A stretch of DNA of 64,000 nt from Stylophora pistillata (taxonomy: Eukaryota). The notes under the pieces are model-generated. The model was given only the letters and a program-made list of their open reading frames with translations, was not told the DNA's origin and did not search any database. The translations under genes were made by a program, and so were the position numbers. Location of the stretch: positions 179,948 to 243,947 of the forward strand of contig NW_019217855.1 of NCBI RefSeq assembly GCF_002571385.2, written 5' to 3'. Below, piece after piece: positions 63,801-64,000 of the stretch (positions within the stretch are counted from its first letter, which is position 1; each line of letters starts with the position of its first letter).

Positions 63801-63859
63801 GGAAAAGATGTAATGGAAGCAGCCTTCAGACTGAACGGTCCACGAGATGCGAATGTTGA
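57875..63859 (+). CDS. Secreted astacin (M12A) zinc metalloproteinase with 2 TSP1 domains, paralog 3
   Basis: Exons 57875-57947, 58349-58396 (the alternative acceptor at 58303 includes a TAA), 58900-59091, 59295-59409, 60362-60546, 61398-61616, 61784-61954, 63684-63859. Motifs [32 protein letters not shown], two TSP1. Confidence 0.88.
59560..60290 (+). mobile_element. LINE (CR1/L2-type) 3' fragment in an astacin-3 intron
   Basis: Peptides YKLLGIII/NDLNWSEHIDYISKKASKRLYSLRILKK, IRPILEYGVQTW, LESIQKRALHII, with a frameshift; AATAAA near 60264. Confidence 0.8.
62697..63184. mobile_element. Long fold-back element (~230-bp inverted arms)
   Basis: 62697-62926 is the near-perfect reverse complement of 62955-63184. 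Confidence 0.85.
63533..63626. repeat. Assembly gap followed by a (CA)n microsatellite
   Basis: Ns at 63533-63600; (CA)13 at 63601-63626. Confidence 0.95.
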
Positions 63860-64000
63860 CTGAACATTTAGAGGAAAGTATTGAAAAAAGTGATGGGATT
63901 GTCGATAAAAAGTCATTTGTAATAAACTCCACCATAGAAGCAACTGGAATAGTGATTTGTCAATGGTGTGACGATGCAGAAAGTCAATCAATTGCACATG

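Overview
Eukaryotic (animal) genomic DNA: AT-rich, intron-rich, with two assembly gaps (5752-6563, 63533-63600). The repeat landscape and gene style suggest a cnidarian, probably a stony coral (inference). Exons were reconstructed by hand from GT-AG sites and reading-frame continuity. Gene order: eIF3b (+, 20 coding exons); a single-exon 101-aa orphan coiled-coil ORF (+); MED11 (-, 4 exons) head-to-head with CLEC16A (+, ~26 exons) across ~260 bp; then three tandem secreted astacin zinc metalloprotease genes, each with two C-terminal TSP1 domains. Best non-coding observations: (1) two intact copies and one relic of a SNORD38/snR61-like box C/D snoRNA in eIF3b introns; (2) a ~94-bp insertion headed by a minimal hammerhead ribozyme motif and flanked by a 16-bp target-site duplication, with several decayed relatives; (3) a tRNA-containing retroposon family with internal inverted arms and 10-15 bp TSDs; (4) many nested MITEs, fold-back elements and LINE 3' fragments. 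Homology calls come from recalled family motifs, not from database searches.
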